From Candidatus Cloacimonadota bacterium (GTDB lineage: Bacteria > Cloacimonadota > Cloacimonadia > G963667145): a DNA stretch of 64,000 nt. This document shows, piece after piece, positions 36,397 through 46,731 of the stretch (positions are counted from its first letter, which is position 1; every line of letters begins with the position of its first letter). The stretch lies in the NCBI GenBank assembly GCA_963676615.1, contig OY781092.1, forward strand, positions 1,427,093-1,491,092, given 5' to 3'. The position numbers and the translations under genes are program-made. The notes beneath the pieces were generated by a model that saw nothing but the letters and a program-made list of their open reading frames with translations, made no database searches and was not told the origin of the DNA.

Positions 36397-38713
36397 AAAC
36401 CTTCAACTCCTCTTCTGTCGCCCGCACATCGCGCGGCTTGCTTCCCAAATGCGGACCGATAATGCCTGCCTGCTCCAGCAAATCGATGAGCCTGCCAGCT
36501 CGCGCATAGCCAATCTTGAAGTGCCGCTGCAACATCGACACCGACGCCGTTTTGCTCTCCACAACGAACTTCGCCGCTTCCACAAAAAGCTCGTCTTCGC
36601 CCTCAAATCCGCCGCTGACAGAGTCGTCCTCCTCGTTAAACAACACAAAATTTTGCTGCGGCTTCGGTTGCGTTTTCAGATATTTAACTACTCGCTCGAT
36701 CTCCTGATCCGAGATAAACGCCCCATGAACGCGAATTGCGTCCGATTTCCCAGGCGCCAAAAACAGCATATCGCCTCTACCCAGCAATTTCTCCGCACCG
36801 TTTGCATCCAAAATCACTCGAGAATCGATTTTCGACGACACCCGAAAAGCTATCCGTGACGGAAAATTCGCCTTTATCACACCCGTAATAACCTGCGTCG
36901 ATGGGCGCTGTGTCGCCAAAATTATATGAAAACCAACCGCCCTACCCATCTGCGCCAGCCGCGTTATCGGCTTTTCGATGTCTTTGCCCGCCGTCATTAT
37001 CAAATCGGCAAACTCGTCCACAATCACCACAATATAAGGCAGTTTCTCCACCCGCTCGGCTTCCAAAACATCACTCTGATCCAAGCCCTCGACCACCTTA
37101 TTAAACGACCGCAAATCACGAACGCCATATTTTTGCAAAAGAGAATAACGGTCGTCCATCTCCTTCGTCGCCCAATTCAACGCCGCAAGGCTATCCTCGG
37201 GCAAAGTCACAATCTCCTGAATAAGATGCGGGATGTCCGCGTAGCCCGAAAGTTCAATCTTTTTCGGGTCGATCATCACCAGTCGCATCTCCTGCGGCGT
37301 CAGATAAAAAAGCAGCGAGTTGATCAGCGTGTTCACGCAAACGCTTTTGCCCGCTCCAGTGGCGCCCGCTATCAGCAAATGCGGCGTCTTCGACAAATCG
37401 GCAATCACGGGATTTCCCGCAATATCGACGCCCAGCGCAATCGGCAAATTCATATCGCCCTGATAGCCCTCCAAAACTTTCCGCAGCGAAATCAGCTCCA
37501 TCTCCTGATTTGGAATCTCGATGCCGACCTTATCCTCGCCTGGAATGGGTGCCTGCACCCGTAGCGACCGAGCCTTGAGCGCCAGCGACAAATCGTCCTG
37601 CAGCGACACAAACCTGCTAACCTTCACACCCGGCGACGGCGTCAGCTCAAACTGCGTAATCACAGGGCCGTAACTCACGCCCACAACTTTCGCCTCAACG
37701 CCAAACTCCGCCAACTTCGTCTCCAAAATCAGCGAAATCTTTTCGGCTCGCTGCTGCAACAAAGCGCTATCTTTCTTCGTGCTGACAGACAATTTGTTCA
37801 AAAACTTGTCCATCGACGGCAAAACGAATTTTTCAGTGTCGCTAACTACCTCATTTTCCTCACTTTCCACAAAAGTTCTATGTGGAACAATTTTTTCTTC
37901 TTTTTTCGTATCTACATTATTTTCGGCGAAGTTAAGTTCATCGTCATTCCCAGCAAAAACAATCTCAGGCTCAGCAAAACTTTCTTCTGGCAACTGAAAA
38001 GGGTTATCGTCCACCTCTTCTGCCTCTTCGACCTGTTTTTTCTTCGGAGAAAAAGAGATTTTCTTCTCCAAAAGCGGCTTCAGTCTCTTCTCATAAAAGC
38101 GAAAAATCACGCCATCTTTCCAGCTGATATTTTTCACCTCTTTGTAGGCGCTCTCCGAACCTTTGTAAACTTTGCGTGCAACTTTCCCCGTAAATCCCAA
38201 AAAATCGCAAATTTTTCTCAGTTCCACAAAAACGATTAAAAAGAAGAAAAAAAGAAAAAAAGTCACTATCGCCGAGCCAGTTTTGCCAAAAATGTGCGCA
38301 AAAAAGACCAAATAACTATCGGCAACCGTGCCCACAGGTGTCGAAAAAAAATCCAGTTGAATGAGAAAAAAGTAAAAAAACAAAGAAAAAACAAAAAAGC
38401 TGAAAACTTTCGTCAGCAAAAAATTGCCTCTTTTTGGGAAAAAAAGAACGAGACCAAACAAAAGCAAGAGCAAATCTATCAAATAGACGAAATAGTTGCC
38501 GAAGATGTGATAGCCCCAATAGCTGACAACCAGCCCAAAAATTCCCACGGGGTTTGTCGTCGAAACGCCGAATTTCGCCGAGCCATTTATTCCCGAAAAA
38601 GTGCGATAATCGAAAAGCGTGTCCACAAAACCCGCCGAGAGCGCAACAAAAAACAGCACCGAAAACAGGACGAGCAAACCGCCCCAAAAGAGTCGTCTTT
38701 TATTCATCGGCAA
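36383..38713 (-). CDS. ftsK: DNA translocase FtsK (N-terminal TM domain, linker, motor and gamma domain)
   Basis: LLIAGATGAGKSVCVN (Walker A), VVIVDEFADL (Walker B), and the C-terminal winged-helix gamma domain (SVSMLQRHFKIGYARAGRLIDLLE). Confidence 0.95.
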   Translation of the reverse strand: MPMNKRRLFWGGLLVLFSVLFFVALSAGFVDTLFDYRTFSGINGSAKFGVSTTNPVGIFGLVVSYWGYHIFGNYFVYLIDLLLLLFGLVLFFPKRGNFLLTKVFSFFVFSLFFYFFLIQLDFFSTPVGTVADSYLVFFAHIFGKTGSAIVTFFLFFFFLIVFVELRKICDFLGFTGKVARKVYKGSESAYKEVKNISWKDGVIFRFYEKRLKPLLEKKISFSPKKKQVEEAEEVDDNPFQLPEESFAEPEIVFAGNDDELNFAENNVDTKKEEKIVPHRTFVESEENEVVSDTEKFVLPSMDKFLNKLSVSTKKDSALLQQRAEKISLILETKLAEFGVEAKVVGVSYGPVITQFELTPSPGVKVSRFVSLQDDLSLALKARSLRVQAPIPGEDKVGIEIPNQEMELISLRKVLEGYQGDMNLPIALGVDIAGNPVIADLSKTPHLLIAGATGAGKSVCVNTLINSLLFYLTPQEMRLVMIDPKKIELSGYADIPHLIQEIVTLPEDSLAALNWATKEMDDRYSLLQKYGVRDLRSFNKVVEGLDQSDVLEAERVEKLPYIVVIVDEFADLIMTAGKDIEKPITRLAQMGRAVGFHIILATQRPSTQVITGVIKANFPSRIAFRVSSKIDSRVILDANGAEKLLGRGDMLFLAPGKSDAIRVHGAFISDQEIERVVKYLKTQPKPQQNFVLFNEEDDSVSGGFEGEDELFVEAAKFVVESKTASVSMLQRHFKIGYARAGRLIDLLEQAGIIGPHLGSKPRDVRATEEELKVYGYV

Positions 38714-38718
38714 AAAGC

Positions 38719-39810
38719 CTAAACATTAAATCGGAAGTTGATAATATCGCCGTCTTTGACGGGATACTCCTTGCCCTCTAGCCGCAAAAGCCCCTTACTT
38801 TTGGCAACTGCCATCGAGCCGCAAGCTTTGAAATCGGCAAAAGAGATTGTCTCGGCTCGAATAAATCCGCGTTGAATGTCCGAGTGAATTTTGCCCGCAG
38901 CCTCAGGCGCCAAAGTCCCTTTTTTGATCGTCCAAGCTCGCACCTCTTTTTCGCCCGCAGTCAAAAAACTAATCAGGTTCAAAAGCGCATAACTCCGCAA
39001 AACGATTTTGTCCAAGCCAGAGCGGCTCAAACCCAAATCTTGCAAAAACTCCTTCTTCTCCGCTGGCTCCAGCTGCGCAATCTCGTTCTCAATCTCCGCC
39101 GAAATCAGCAAAACCTCGTCCTTGCCAACCTCATCCTTCAGGCTCTGCACAAAAGCGTTGCCGTCCACAACATCGTCCTCGCCAACATTCGCTACATACA
39201 AAACCGGCTTGGCGCTAAGCAAGTTCAAGCTCTTCATCACCGCTTTCTCGTCGTCCGAAAGCTGCAAATCTTTCAGCGGCTTCTCCTGATCGAGCTGCGC
39301 AAAAATCCGCTCCAACAGTTCCAGCCGTTTAAAGGCCGTCTTGTCCGCCTTCAACTGCTTTTGCGCCTTCTCTATCTGCCGCGCCAAAAACTGCTGATCC
39401 GCCAGCATCAGCTCCAAATTTATCGTCTGCACATCCGCCACAGGGTCAACTTCGCCGCTCACATGAGCCACATTCTCGTCCTCAAAACAGCGAACCACAT
39501 GAATAATCGCCTCCACCTCTCGAATATTCGCCAAAAACTTATTCCCCAAACCCTCACCTTTGGAGGCTCCCTTCACCAATCCAGCAATATCAAAAAACTC
39601 AATCGAAGTGTAAACTTTCGACTTCGCCTTGTAGAAATCTTCCAAAAACTCCAGCCGATCGTCTGGAACGCTCACCACGCCTACATTTGGCTCAATCGTG
39701 CAAAAAGGATAGTTCGCAGACTCCGCTCCCGCAGAAGTTATCGCATTAAAAAGAGTGCTCTTCCCCACATTTGGCAATCCCACAATACCTAATTTCATAT
39801 CAGTCCTCAA
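38719..39810 (-). CDS. ychF: ribosome-binding ATPase YchF
   Basis: [16 protein letters not shown] and the C-terminal TGS domain. 363 aa. Confidence 0.95.
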   Translation of the reverse strand: MRTDMKLGIVGLPNVGKSTLFNAITSAGAESANYPFCTIEPNVGVVSVPDDRLEFLEDFYKAKSKVYTSIEFFDIAGLVKGASKGEGLGNKFLANIREVEAIIHVVRCFEDENVAHVSGEVDPVADVQTINLELMLADQQFLARQIEKAQKQLKADKTAFKRLELLERIFAQLDQEKPLKDLQLSDDEKAVMKSLNLLSAKPVLYVANVGEDDVVDGNAFVQSLKDEVGKDEVLLISAEIENEIAQLEPAEKKEFLQDLGLSRSGLDKIVLRSYALLNLISFLTAGEKEVRAWTIKKGTLAPEAAGKIHSDIQRGFIRAETISFADFKACGSMAVAKSKGLLRLEGKEYPVKDGDIINFRFNV

Positions 39811-39960
39811 ATTAAGATTTTTTCTAACAACTCAGGCAATGAAAAAAATGAACAAGCGGTGTCAATCAAATTTAACTGAAAAACAAAATTAACTTGACAC
39901 TCTAGCCCAATTTTTCTCTTAATACTGACAAAATTAACACCTTTTTCACTAGGAGGCAAT

Positions 39961-40503
39961 ATGCAAATCAGTATTACCGCAAGACACTTTGACCTGACCG
40001 ATTCCGTCAAAGACTATTTAGAAGCAGCGTGCGAACACTTCTCTCATTATTTCGAAAAAATCATCGATGTAAAAGCAACCTTAGACTACAACAAATCCAA
40101 ATCAGACTGCTTCGCCGTTGCAATCGCAGCGCACTGCTCTGGCATCGATTTTAGGGCAGAAGCCGAAAATAAAGACTCGTTCAAGGCAATCGACGAATGT
40201 TGCCACAAAATCGAAACACAACTAAAAAAAGACCGCGAAAAAAAGACCGAACACCACAAAGCAAAGCAAAAAAGCTACTCCAAAAGGTCAAAAAGCAACC
40301 TCTACAAAAAAGCGCAAAACGGAGAAAGCAAAGTCGAGCTCGAATCGCATAAATTTTTTGCCGACACAATGAACTCCGACCAAGCCATCGACTCGCTAGA
40401 ACAAAACAATCTGAAATATTTCGTCTATCGAGACAGCGACTCAGGCAAAGTCAACACCGTCATCAAAATCGACGAGCAACTCTACAAATTCATCGAAGTC
40501 TAA
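39961..40503 (+). CDS. hpf: ribosome hibernation promoting factor (long HPF / sigma-54 modulation protein family)
   Basis: The N-terminal MQISITARHFDLTDSVKDYLE motif and the C-terminal dimerisation domain (VYRDSDSGKVNTVIK). GGAGG RBS. Confidence 0.85.
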   Translation: MQISITARHFDLTDSVKDYLEAACEHFSHYFEKIIDVKATLDYNKSKSDCFAVAIAAHCSGIDFRAEAENKDSFKAIDECCHKIETQLKKDREKKTEHHKAKQKSYSKRSKSNLYKKAQNGESKVELESHKFFADTMNSDQAIDSLEQNNLKYFVYRDSDSGKVNTVIKIDEQLYKFIEV

Positions 40504-40530
40504 TTTTTTCGCAATCATAACTCCTTTTAG

Positions 40531-41484
40531 ATGAAAAACATAACAACTCAGGAGCTTTTTGAGATTCTAGAAAAAGAGAACATTTTTAGCAAAGTTACAG
40601 ACGAAAAAACTTTTTCTACCGTCATCACAAACCCTTATATCACTCGTCCGGGGCTCCCCCTGTCTGGATATTTCGAGAGATTTTCCTACGACAGAGTGCA
40701 GGTGTTTGGCGACCCCGAAATTGGCTATATCCAAAGCTCGTCCCAAGACGAAATCTACGAAAAAATCAAGCGGATGTTCACCTACAGCATCCCTTGTCTT
40801 TTTTTTAGCAAAGGCAACACCGTTCCGCAATTCATCACCATTTTGGCAAACGAATCCAACATCCCGATAATCCAAACGCCCATTTCCACAGACAACCTAA
40901 TCAAACTCATCTCACAAAAACTGGACGAAGTATTTTGCCCGCGCGCCACCGAACACTCAACATTTATGGACATCTACGGCGCAGGCGTGCTGATTATAGG
41001 CAAAAGCGGCGTCGGCAAAAGCGAAAGCGCGCTAGATTTAATAGAGCGGGGACACCGCCTTGTTTGCGACGACTCCACCAGCATCACCAAACTATCAAAC
41101 GGCAACCTCGAGGGCACAGCCTCCAGAGAATCTGGATCTTTTATGGAAATCCGCGGCATCGGCATCGTTGACATCCAAAAAATGTTCGGCATCCAAGCCA
41201 TCCGCAAAAAAAAAGAGCTAGATATGATTATCGAGCTTATCCCCTACAACGCCAACCGCAACTACGACAGCATCAACGCCGAACGGCTGGACAACCAAAA
41301 ATTCAAAGATATTTTACAAACGCCCATTCCGCTCTTTCAACTTCCTGTCTCGCCGGGCAAAAATATGTCGATTTTAATCGAAACCGCCGTCCTCAACTTC
41401 CTGTCTAACTCTTTTGGCTACGACGCCGCAAAAACTTACATCGACAAACAAAAAAAAACCGTCGGTAAAAAGGACAATTTATGA
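40531..41484 (+). CDS. hprK: HPr kinase/phosphorylase
   Basis: GKSGVGKSESALDLIERGHRLVCDD (P-loop). Confidence 0.9.
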   Translation: MKNITTQELFEILEKENIFSKVTDEKTFSTVITNPYITRPGLPLSGYFERFSYDRVQVFGDPEIGYIQSSSQDEIYEKIKRMFTYSIPCLFFSKGNTVPQFITILANESNIPIIQTPISTDNLIKLISQKLDEVFCPRATEHSTFMDIYGAGVLIIGKSGVGKSESALDLIERGHRLVCDDSTSITKLSNGNLEGTASRESGSFMEIRGIGIVDIQKMFGIQAIRKKKELDMIIELIPYNANRNYDSINAERLDNQKFKDILQTPIPLFQLPVSPGKNMSILIETAVLNFLSNSFGYDAAKTYIDKQKKTVGKKDNL

Positions 41485-41750
41485 TCAGTGCAAACACAAC
41501 CGTCCAGCTAAACTCTGGCATCCACGCAAGACCTGCGCAACTCATCGTCCAAACCGCCGAAGAGTTCAGTAGCGAAATTTTTTTGGAAAAAACAAAAGAA
41601 AACTTCAAAGCCAACGCCAAAAGCATCTTCAATGTGATGGCAATGGCGGGCGAATGCGGCGACCAAATCAAAATTTCCGCCGACGGCGACGACGAAGACG
41701 AAGCGCTAGAGGCGATGCTCGAGCTATTTGACAACAACTTTGAGCTATGA
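41481..41750 (+). CDS. ptsH: phosphocarrier protein HPr
   Basis: GIHARPA (His15) and KSIFNVM (Ser46). Confidence 0.9.
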   Translation: MISANTTVQLNSGIHARPAQLIVQTAEEFSSEIFLEKTKENFKANAKSIFNVMAMAGECGDQIKISADGDDEDEALEAMLELFDNNFEL

Positions 41751-43381
41751 CAAGAACCCTCATAAAAAGCGCAGGACAAACCCTGGCTGGCTGTTGCGCC
41801 ATCGGCAAAATTCACAAAATAAACCAATCGCAAGAGTTTAACGCAAAAAAAAATATCGACAAACAAGAAATCGAAAAAGAGCTAAAAAAGTTTGAAGATT
41901 CGATAACCAAAGCCAATCAGGACATCGACAAAACCCTTTTACACCTTGCCGACAGCGACGACGAGAATTTTCACAAAATCATAAAAGTTCACAAATCGAT
42001 TTTGAACGACCCCGAAATTAAAAAAGACATCGCCCAGCTGATTCAGACCAAACTGCACTCGATGGAGACGGCTATCAACAAAAAATTTTTGGAAATCGAA
42101 GAAAAATTCACCTCCATAAAAAACCCTTATCTCAAAGAAAGAATTAAAGATTATAAATTCGTAAAAGACTCACTCATCAGCAAATCAAACCTTTTTGACC
42201 TAAAAAAAATCTCCGAGCCGACCATATTGGTAATCGAAGAAATCTCCCCCGGGCAAGTGATAAATTTTCACAAAAATAAAAACCTTGTCGGGATTTGTCT
42301 AAAACACGGCAGCAGGACATCGCACGCATCTATCATCCTCAAATCTCTAAACTTAACCTCGATAATCCAGCTCGAAAAAAACTATCAGTTCCTAGAAGAA
42401 GGCGCGCAAATCGTCCTTAACGCAATCGAAAATTACATCATCCTCAATCCAAACAAAGACGATTTGCAAAAATGCGAAAAAGAGATCGAAGCCGAAAAAA
42501 TCAAAGAGGCAGAACTACGAAAATTGATCGATAAACCGTCGTTCACCAAAAGCAAAAAACGCATCAAGATAAGAGCCAATATCGACTTTGAAGAAGAAGT
42601 GCAAGTCGCCCAAAAAAACGGCGCACACGGCGTCGGACTCCTTCGCACCGAAATGTTTTATATCGAAAAAAACAGCCTGCCCTCGGTCAAAGAGCAGTTC
42701 CAATACTACAAAAAAATCGTCAGCCAATTCCAAAACAGTGTCATCATCCGAACGCTCGATTTTGGCGGCGACAAAAGCTTTGGCGCAATCGATTCTGTCA
42801 AAGAAGAAAACCCAAACCTCGGAATGCGCGGCATCAGATTCTCGCTCAAAAATCGCGAAATTTTCGCAACGCAACTAGAGGCGATACTAATGGCATCCGC
42901 TTTCGGAAAAATCAAAATTCTTTTGCCGATGGTCTCCAAAGTTCAAGAGGTTACCGAAAGCAAAAAAATCTTGGAAAGTTGCAAAAAAAAATTGGACAAA
43001 GAAAATCTGCCCTACGACAAAAACATCAAAATCGGCATTATGATTGAAATCCCGTCAGTCGTTTTTTTGATAGAAGAGTTTGCCGAAGTTTGCGATTTTT
43101 TTAGCATCGGCACAAACGACCTAACCCAATACACCCTTGCCGTTGACCGCAATAATCAGCAAGTTAAAGAACATTACGACGAATGCGACCCAGCCGTTTT
43201 TTGCGCACTAAAAACCGTTTTAAAAGTCGCCAAACAAAAAAATATTCCAACCTCACTATGCGGCGAGATTGCCTCAAATCCTGAAAAAATTGATAAATTT
43301 TTAGATTTAGGTGTTGACGAACTTAGCGTAAATACAAGTTCAATATTAACTATCAAAAAAAAGGTTATAAATCACAAATGA
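41747..43381 (+). CDS. ptsI: PTS enzyme I (phosphoenolpyruvate-protein phosphotransferase)
   Basis: GSRTSHASIILKSL (His region) and the PEP-utilising C-terminal domain (GIMIEIPS, SIGTNDLTQYT). Confidence 0.9.
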   Translation: MTRTLIKSAGQTLAGCCAIGKIHKINQSQEFNAKKNIDKQEIEKELKKFEDSITKANQDIDKTLLHLADSDDENFHKIIKVHKSILNDPEIKKDIAQLIQTKLHSMETAINKKFLEIEEKFTSIKNPYLKERIKDYKFVKDSLISKSNLFDLKKISEPTILVIEEISPGQVINFHKNKNLVGICLKHGSRTSHASIILKSLNLTSIIQLEKNYQFLEEGAQIVLNAIENYIILNPNKDDLQKCEKEIEAEKIKEAELRKLIDKPSFTKSKKRIKIRANIDFEEEVQVAQKNGAHGVGLLRTEMFYIEKNSLPSVKEQFQYYKKIVSQFQNSVIIRTLDFGGDKSFGAIDSVKEENPNLGMRGIRFSLKNREIFATQLEAILMASAFGKIKILLPMVSKVQEVTESKKILESCKKKLDKENLPYDKNIKIGIMIEIPSVVFLIEEFAEVCDFFSIGTNDLTQYTLAVDRNNQQVKEHYDECDPAVFCALKTVLKVAKQKNIPTSLCGEIASNPEKIDKFLDLGVDELSVNTSSILTIKKKVINHK

Positions 43382-43629
43382 TAATAAATATAGCGATCAA
43401 AATCCTTAATATCTACTCGCTTCTGATAATCGTGCGGGCGCTCTACTCCTGGATAAATCTCGCCCAGGGGCGCAGCCGACTCTACTACTACCTGTGTCTG
43501 CTCACAGAGCCCGTCCTAGGCAGATTTCGCTTCATCTCGCAAAGACTCAACCTACCTATTGATCTCTCGCCCGTTATCGCCATTTTACTCATAAATTTTA
43601 TAAAAAACGCATTGATATATTATGTCTAA
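43378..43629 (+). CDS. YggT-family small membrane protein
   Basis: 83 aa with the YggT/Ycf19 pattern ...RALYSWI....LTEPVL..FR......IDLSPV. Confidence 0.55.
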   Translation: MIINIAIKILNIYSLLIIVRALYSWINLAQGRSRLYYYLCLLTEPVLGRFRFISQRLNLPIDLSPVIAILLINFIKNALIYYV

Positions 43630-44107
43630 AACAAAAATAATCGGAATTCCCGTCGTTTTTATCCTCGTCGGTCTAGACCAGCTGAGCAAATACATAGCTT
43701 TGGCATTTTTCGAAAAATTCGGCTACTTTTCTTATCCAATAATCGGAAATTACCTAAAGTTCACTTTTGCCAAAAACTACGGAGCCGCATTCTCTTTCAG
43801 ATTTTTCCAAAATCCGCAAATTAGTAACTACTCTTTCCTTATTTTAACTTTTGTGGCGCTAATTTTCATCATCTATTTAATAAAAAAAAGCGACAAAAAA
43901 CTGGATATAATCGCCTATTATCTCATCGTTGCGGGAGCTCTTGGCAACCTCATCGACAGAGTTTGGCACGGCTTTGTTATCGACTTTATCGACTGCGACT
44001 TTCCCGACATTATAATGCAAAGATGGCCTGTTTTTAACCTCGCCGACTCCTATATCTGCATAGCCATAGGGCTCTTCCTTCTTCAAACACTTAAGGCAAA
44101 AAAATGA
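43622..44107 (+). CDS. lspA: lipoprotein signal peptidase (signal peptidase II)
   Basis: NYGAAFS, GNLIDR and FNLAD motifs. Confidence 0.9.
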   Translation: MSKTKIIGIPVVFILVGLDQLSKYIALAFFEKFGYFSYPIIGNYLKFTFAKNYGAAFSFRFFQNPQISNYSFLILTFVALIFIIYLIKKSDKKLDIIAYYLIVAGALGNLIDRVWHGFVIDFIDCDFPDIIMQRWPVFNLADSYICIAIGLFLLQTLKAKK

Positions 44108-44385
44108 AAAAAAAAACAACAGACAACACAACCTCAAACACCAAACTCGACATCGCTCAATTTGTTATCAAACAAGCGTTTTCGGCATTTTTAAACACAC
44201 AAAACAGCAAATCAACTTTGGAAAAATATCAAATAAAATTAGATTTTGAAAAAAAAATATTAGCCTTGGAAAAAAAGATAAACGGACTAAATTACAAACT
44301 CAATTCCCTAAAAAATAAATTCGTTTTCATAATCGTAATTAACTTAATTATAATACTTTACCTTCTGGGCACAATAATTAAATGA
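44104..44385 (+). CDS. hypothetical 93-aa protein (coiled coil plus C-terminal hydrophobic segment); may instead be non-coding dnaA-upstream origin DNA
   Basis: The ORF overlaps the lspA stop (ATGA) and ends 8 nt before dnaA. It is extremely AT-rich and contains DnaA-box-like 9-mers (TTAAACACA at about 44190-44198), so the coding call is weak. Confidence 0.3.
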   Translation: MKKKTTDNTTSNTKLDIAQFVIKQAFSAFLNTQNSKSTLEKYQIKLDFEKKILALEKKINGLNYKLNSLKNKFVFIIVINLIIILYLLGTIIK

Positions 44386-44393
44386 GGTATTAG

Positions 44394-45728
44394 ATGAATC
44401 ACTTAGATCAAGATATTTGGGATAATATTTTAAATTCATTAGAAGAAAACATCAGCGAAAAAAGCTTTAACACTTTCTTTAAATCGACAAAACTTATCGA
44501 ACTATTTGACAATAAGTTAGCTATCGAAGTCGAAACAGAATTTGCCTCTTCTTTCCTCAACAAAAACTACGCAAAAATGCTCGAAGATATAGCCTTGCAG
44601 CTCTACGGAAAAAAATACGCCATCAAATTTTACGGAAAAAACAGAGACCTGGTAAAATCGCCCGAAAACGACTCGTCGCCAAAAAACGAAGCCTTAAAAA
44701 TCAGCCTAAACGACCGATTTACTTTCGACCAGTTCGTCGTCGGCAAAAACAACAATTTCGCCTACTCTGCAGGATATGGCGTTGCCGAGCATCCCGGAAC
44801 AAAATACAATCCACTCTTCATCTATGGCAACTCCGGAATGGGCAAAACGCACCTTATGCAAGCCATCGGACACTATATACTCAACAGCTCCATCAAGAAA
44901 AAAGTGGTTTACACAACCTCCGAAAATTTCACAAACGAGCTGATAAAATCTATCAAAGAAAAAACCAGCGAGAGTTTTCGAGACAGTTATCGCAATGTTG
45001 ACATACTCCTAATCGACGACATCCAGTTTTTCAAGCGAAAAGAATCGTCTCAAGAGGAATTTTTTAGCACCTTTAATATTTTATATAACAACAATAAACA
45101 GATCGTCATCACTAGCGATAAACCTCCAAAAGATTTGGAAGGCATCGAAAGCCGACTCGTTAGCCGATTTGAAGGCGGTTTAACCGTCGATTTGTCAATT
45201 CCAGAATACGAAACTCGGGTCGCAATTGTAGAAAACAAACTAAAAAGAGACGGAACGAAGTTATCATATGCCGTAATTGATTTCATTTGCGAAAATATCG
45301 TCGATAATATCAGAACGCTCGAAGGCGCGATAAATAAACTTTTGGCTTACTCTTCCTTTCATGATATAGAAACAGAAAACATAGAAGTTAGCCTCGCCAA
45401 AGAGATAATCTCCAGCCTTATCTCCAAAAAAGTAGAATCGTTAACGCTGGACAATATTAAAGAAAAAGTGTGCGAAAAATACGGAATTACAACCAAAGAC
45501 ATCTTATCGAAAACAAAGCGCAAAAACATCGTTTTTCCTCGCCAAATCGGAATGTATTTATCAAACTTCCTAATACCGCAACTAGCGCTCAAACATATCG
45601 CTCAATATTACAAACGAAAAGATCACTCAACTGTGATAAATGCACGCAGATTAATCAAAAAAAAGATGGAAGAAGATAAATCTTTCTACCTAGAAATACA
45701 AAAACTTATAGAAAACATAAAATATTAA
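44394..45728 (+). CDS. dnaA: chromosomal replication initiator protein DnaA
   Basis: GNSGMGKTHLMQAIG (Walker A), LLIDDIQF, and the C-terminal DNA-binding domain (..FPRQIGMYL..). 444 aa. Confidence 0.95.
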   Translation: MNHLDQDIWDNILNSLEENISEKSFNTFFKSTKLIELFDNKLAIEVETEFASSFLNKNYAKMLEDIALQLYGKKYAIKFYGKNRDLVKSPENDSSPKNEALKISLNDRFTFDQFVVGKNNNFAYSAGYGVAEHPGTKYNPLFIYGNSGMGKTHLMQAIGHYILNSSIKKKVVYTTSENFTNELIKSIKEKTSESFRDSYRNVDILLIDDIQFFKRKESSQEEFFSTFNILYNNNKQIVITSDKPPKDLEGIESRLVSRFEGGLTVDLSIPEYETRVAIVENKLKRDGTKLSYAVIDFICENIVDNIRTLEGAINKLLAYSSFHDIETENIEVSLAKEIISSLISKKVESLTLDNIKEKVCEKYGITTKDILSKTKRKNIVFPRQIGMYLSNFLIPQLALKHIAQYYKRKDHSTVINARRLIKKKMEEDKSFYLEIQKLIENIKY

Positions 45729-45945
45729 ATAAACAGTGTGTGGAAAACTTTTGTTAAATAAATGTGGGAAAAGCAAAAATAAAAAATAAACGAAACAACT
45801 AAAAAAAATAAACACAAAAACTCACAAATTAAAAACAATTGTAACTGTAATAAAAACAGTAAAATAGGTGCAAAAACAACAAAAAAACATACCCTATTAT
45901 TACTATAATTAATATATAAAAAATAATAATATAATAAGGAAAGAG
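45729..45945. other. AT-rich region with DnaA-box-like motifs immediately downstream of dnaA (candidate oriC / DNA-unwinding element)
   Basis: About 215 bp with very low GC. TGTGGAAAA (45739-45747) is an 8/9 match to TGTGGATAA, and TGTGGGAAA (45763-45771) is 7/9. A long A/T run lies at 45880-45940. Confidence 0.35.
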
Positions 45946-46716
45946 ATGACAAAATATTTTTTCGTGACTTTTATAAGCATTTTTCTTTTTGGATGTTTCG
46001 AATCGAACACCGTTTTGGCGCGAGTAAACAATAAAACATTAAAGCAATCTGATTTAAAATATTTGAATATTGATAAAAAAAATCAAGAGCAGTTTATTCA
46101 CGAATGGGTTAAATTGCAGCTTCTCGCCAGTTCTGTTAAAGAAAATCCTATTATAAATCTGAAAGCTAATTTTAATAAAGCTAAAATGAAAGCAAATATT
46201 TTTGTAAGTAATTTACTTAAAAATAAAGAGATAAACAAAGAAGACTTGTTAAATTATTATAAAGTTAACTACCAAAATTTTTATGAGGTTGTTCCAAAAT
46301 ATAAGTTTCAAAAAATTTATGTATCGACAAAAAAGAAAAAAAATATAATTATAAACAAAATTTCGGAAAATACAGGGATAAAATTTAGCGATTTGGCAAA
46401 AGATTATTCAGAGGATATTTTTGGAAAAAACGGCGGTTATACGGGGTTTGTAGATAAAAGCGTGATCCGCGATAATGTTTGGAATAAAGTTATAAACTCT
46501 CCCAAAAATCAGTATGTTTGGGTTGATGTTCCAGATGGCTATGTTATTGCCAGGTGGTATGATAGCAAAGATTTCAAGATACAACAAAGCTTCGATAAAG
46601 TTAGAGAAAAAATAAGGCAAATTTTGATAAAACAAAACAGAGAAAACTTGTTAAATCAAGAGCTTGAAAAGTTAAAAAAAGAGAATAAAGTAGAAATAAA
46701 TTTAAAAAATATTTAA
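45946..46716 (+). CDS. PpiC/parvulin-type peptidyl-prolyl isomerase-like lipoprotein (PrsA/SurA-like)
   Basis: Lipobox LFGCF. The central FSDLAKDYSEDIFGKNGGYTGFV resembles a parvulin domain. Low GC. Confidence 0.5.
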   Translation: MTKYFFVTFISIFLFGCFESNTVLARVNNKTLKQSDLKYLNIDKKNQEQFIHEWVKLQLLASSVKENPIINLKANFNKAKMKANIFVSNLLKNKEINKEDLLNYYKVNYQNFYEVVPKYKFQKIYVSTKKKKNIIINKISENTGIKFSDLAKDYSEDIFGKNGGYTGFVDKSVIRDNVWNKVINSPKNQYVWVDVPDGYVIARWYDSKDFKIQQSFDKVREKIRQILIKQNRENLLNQELEKLKKENKVEINLKNI

Positions 46717-46731
46717 GATTTAGGAGAAAAA

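Noticed and set aside
39811-39960. Divergent ychF / hpf intergenic region as oriC or a sigma-54 promoter
   Set aside because: There is no TGGCAC-N5-TTGC element and no DnaA-box clusters. It is only 150 bp and not especially AT-rich compared with the dnaA flanks.
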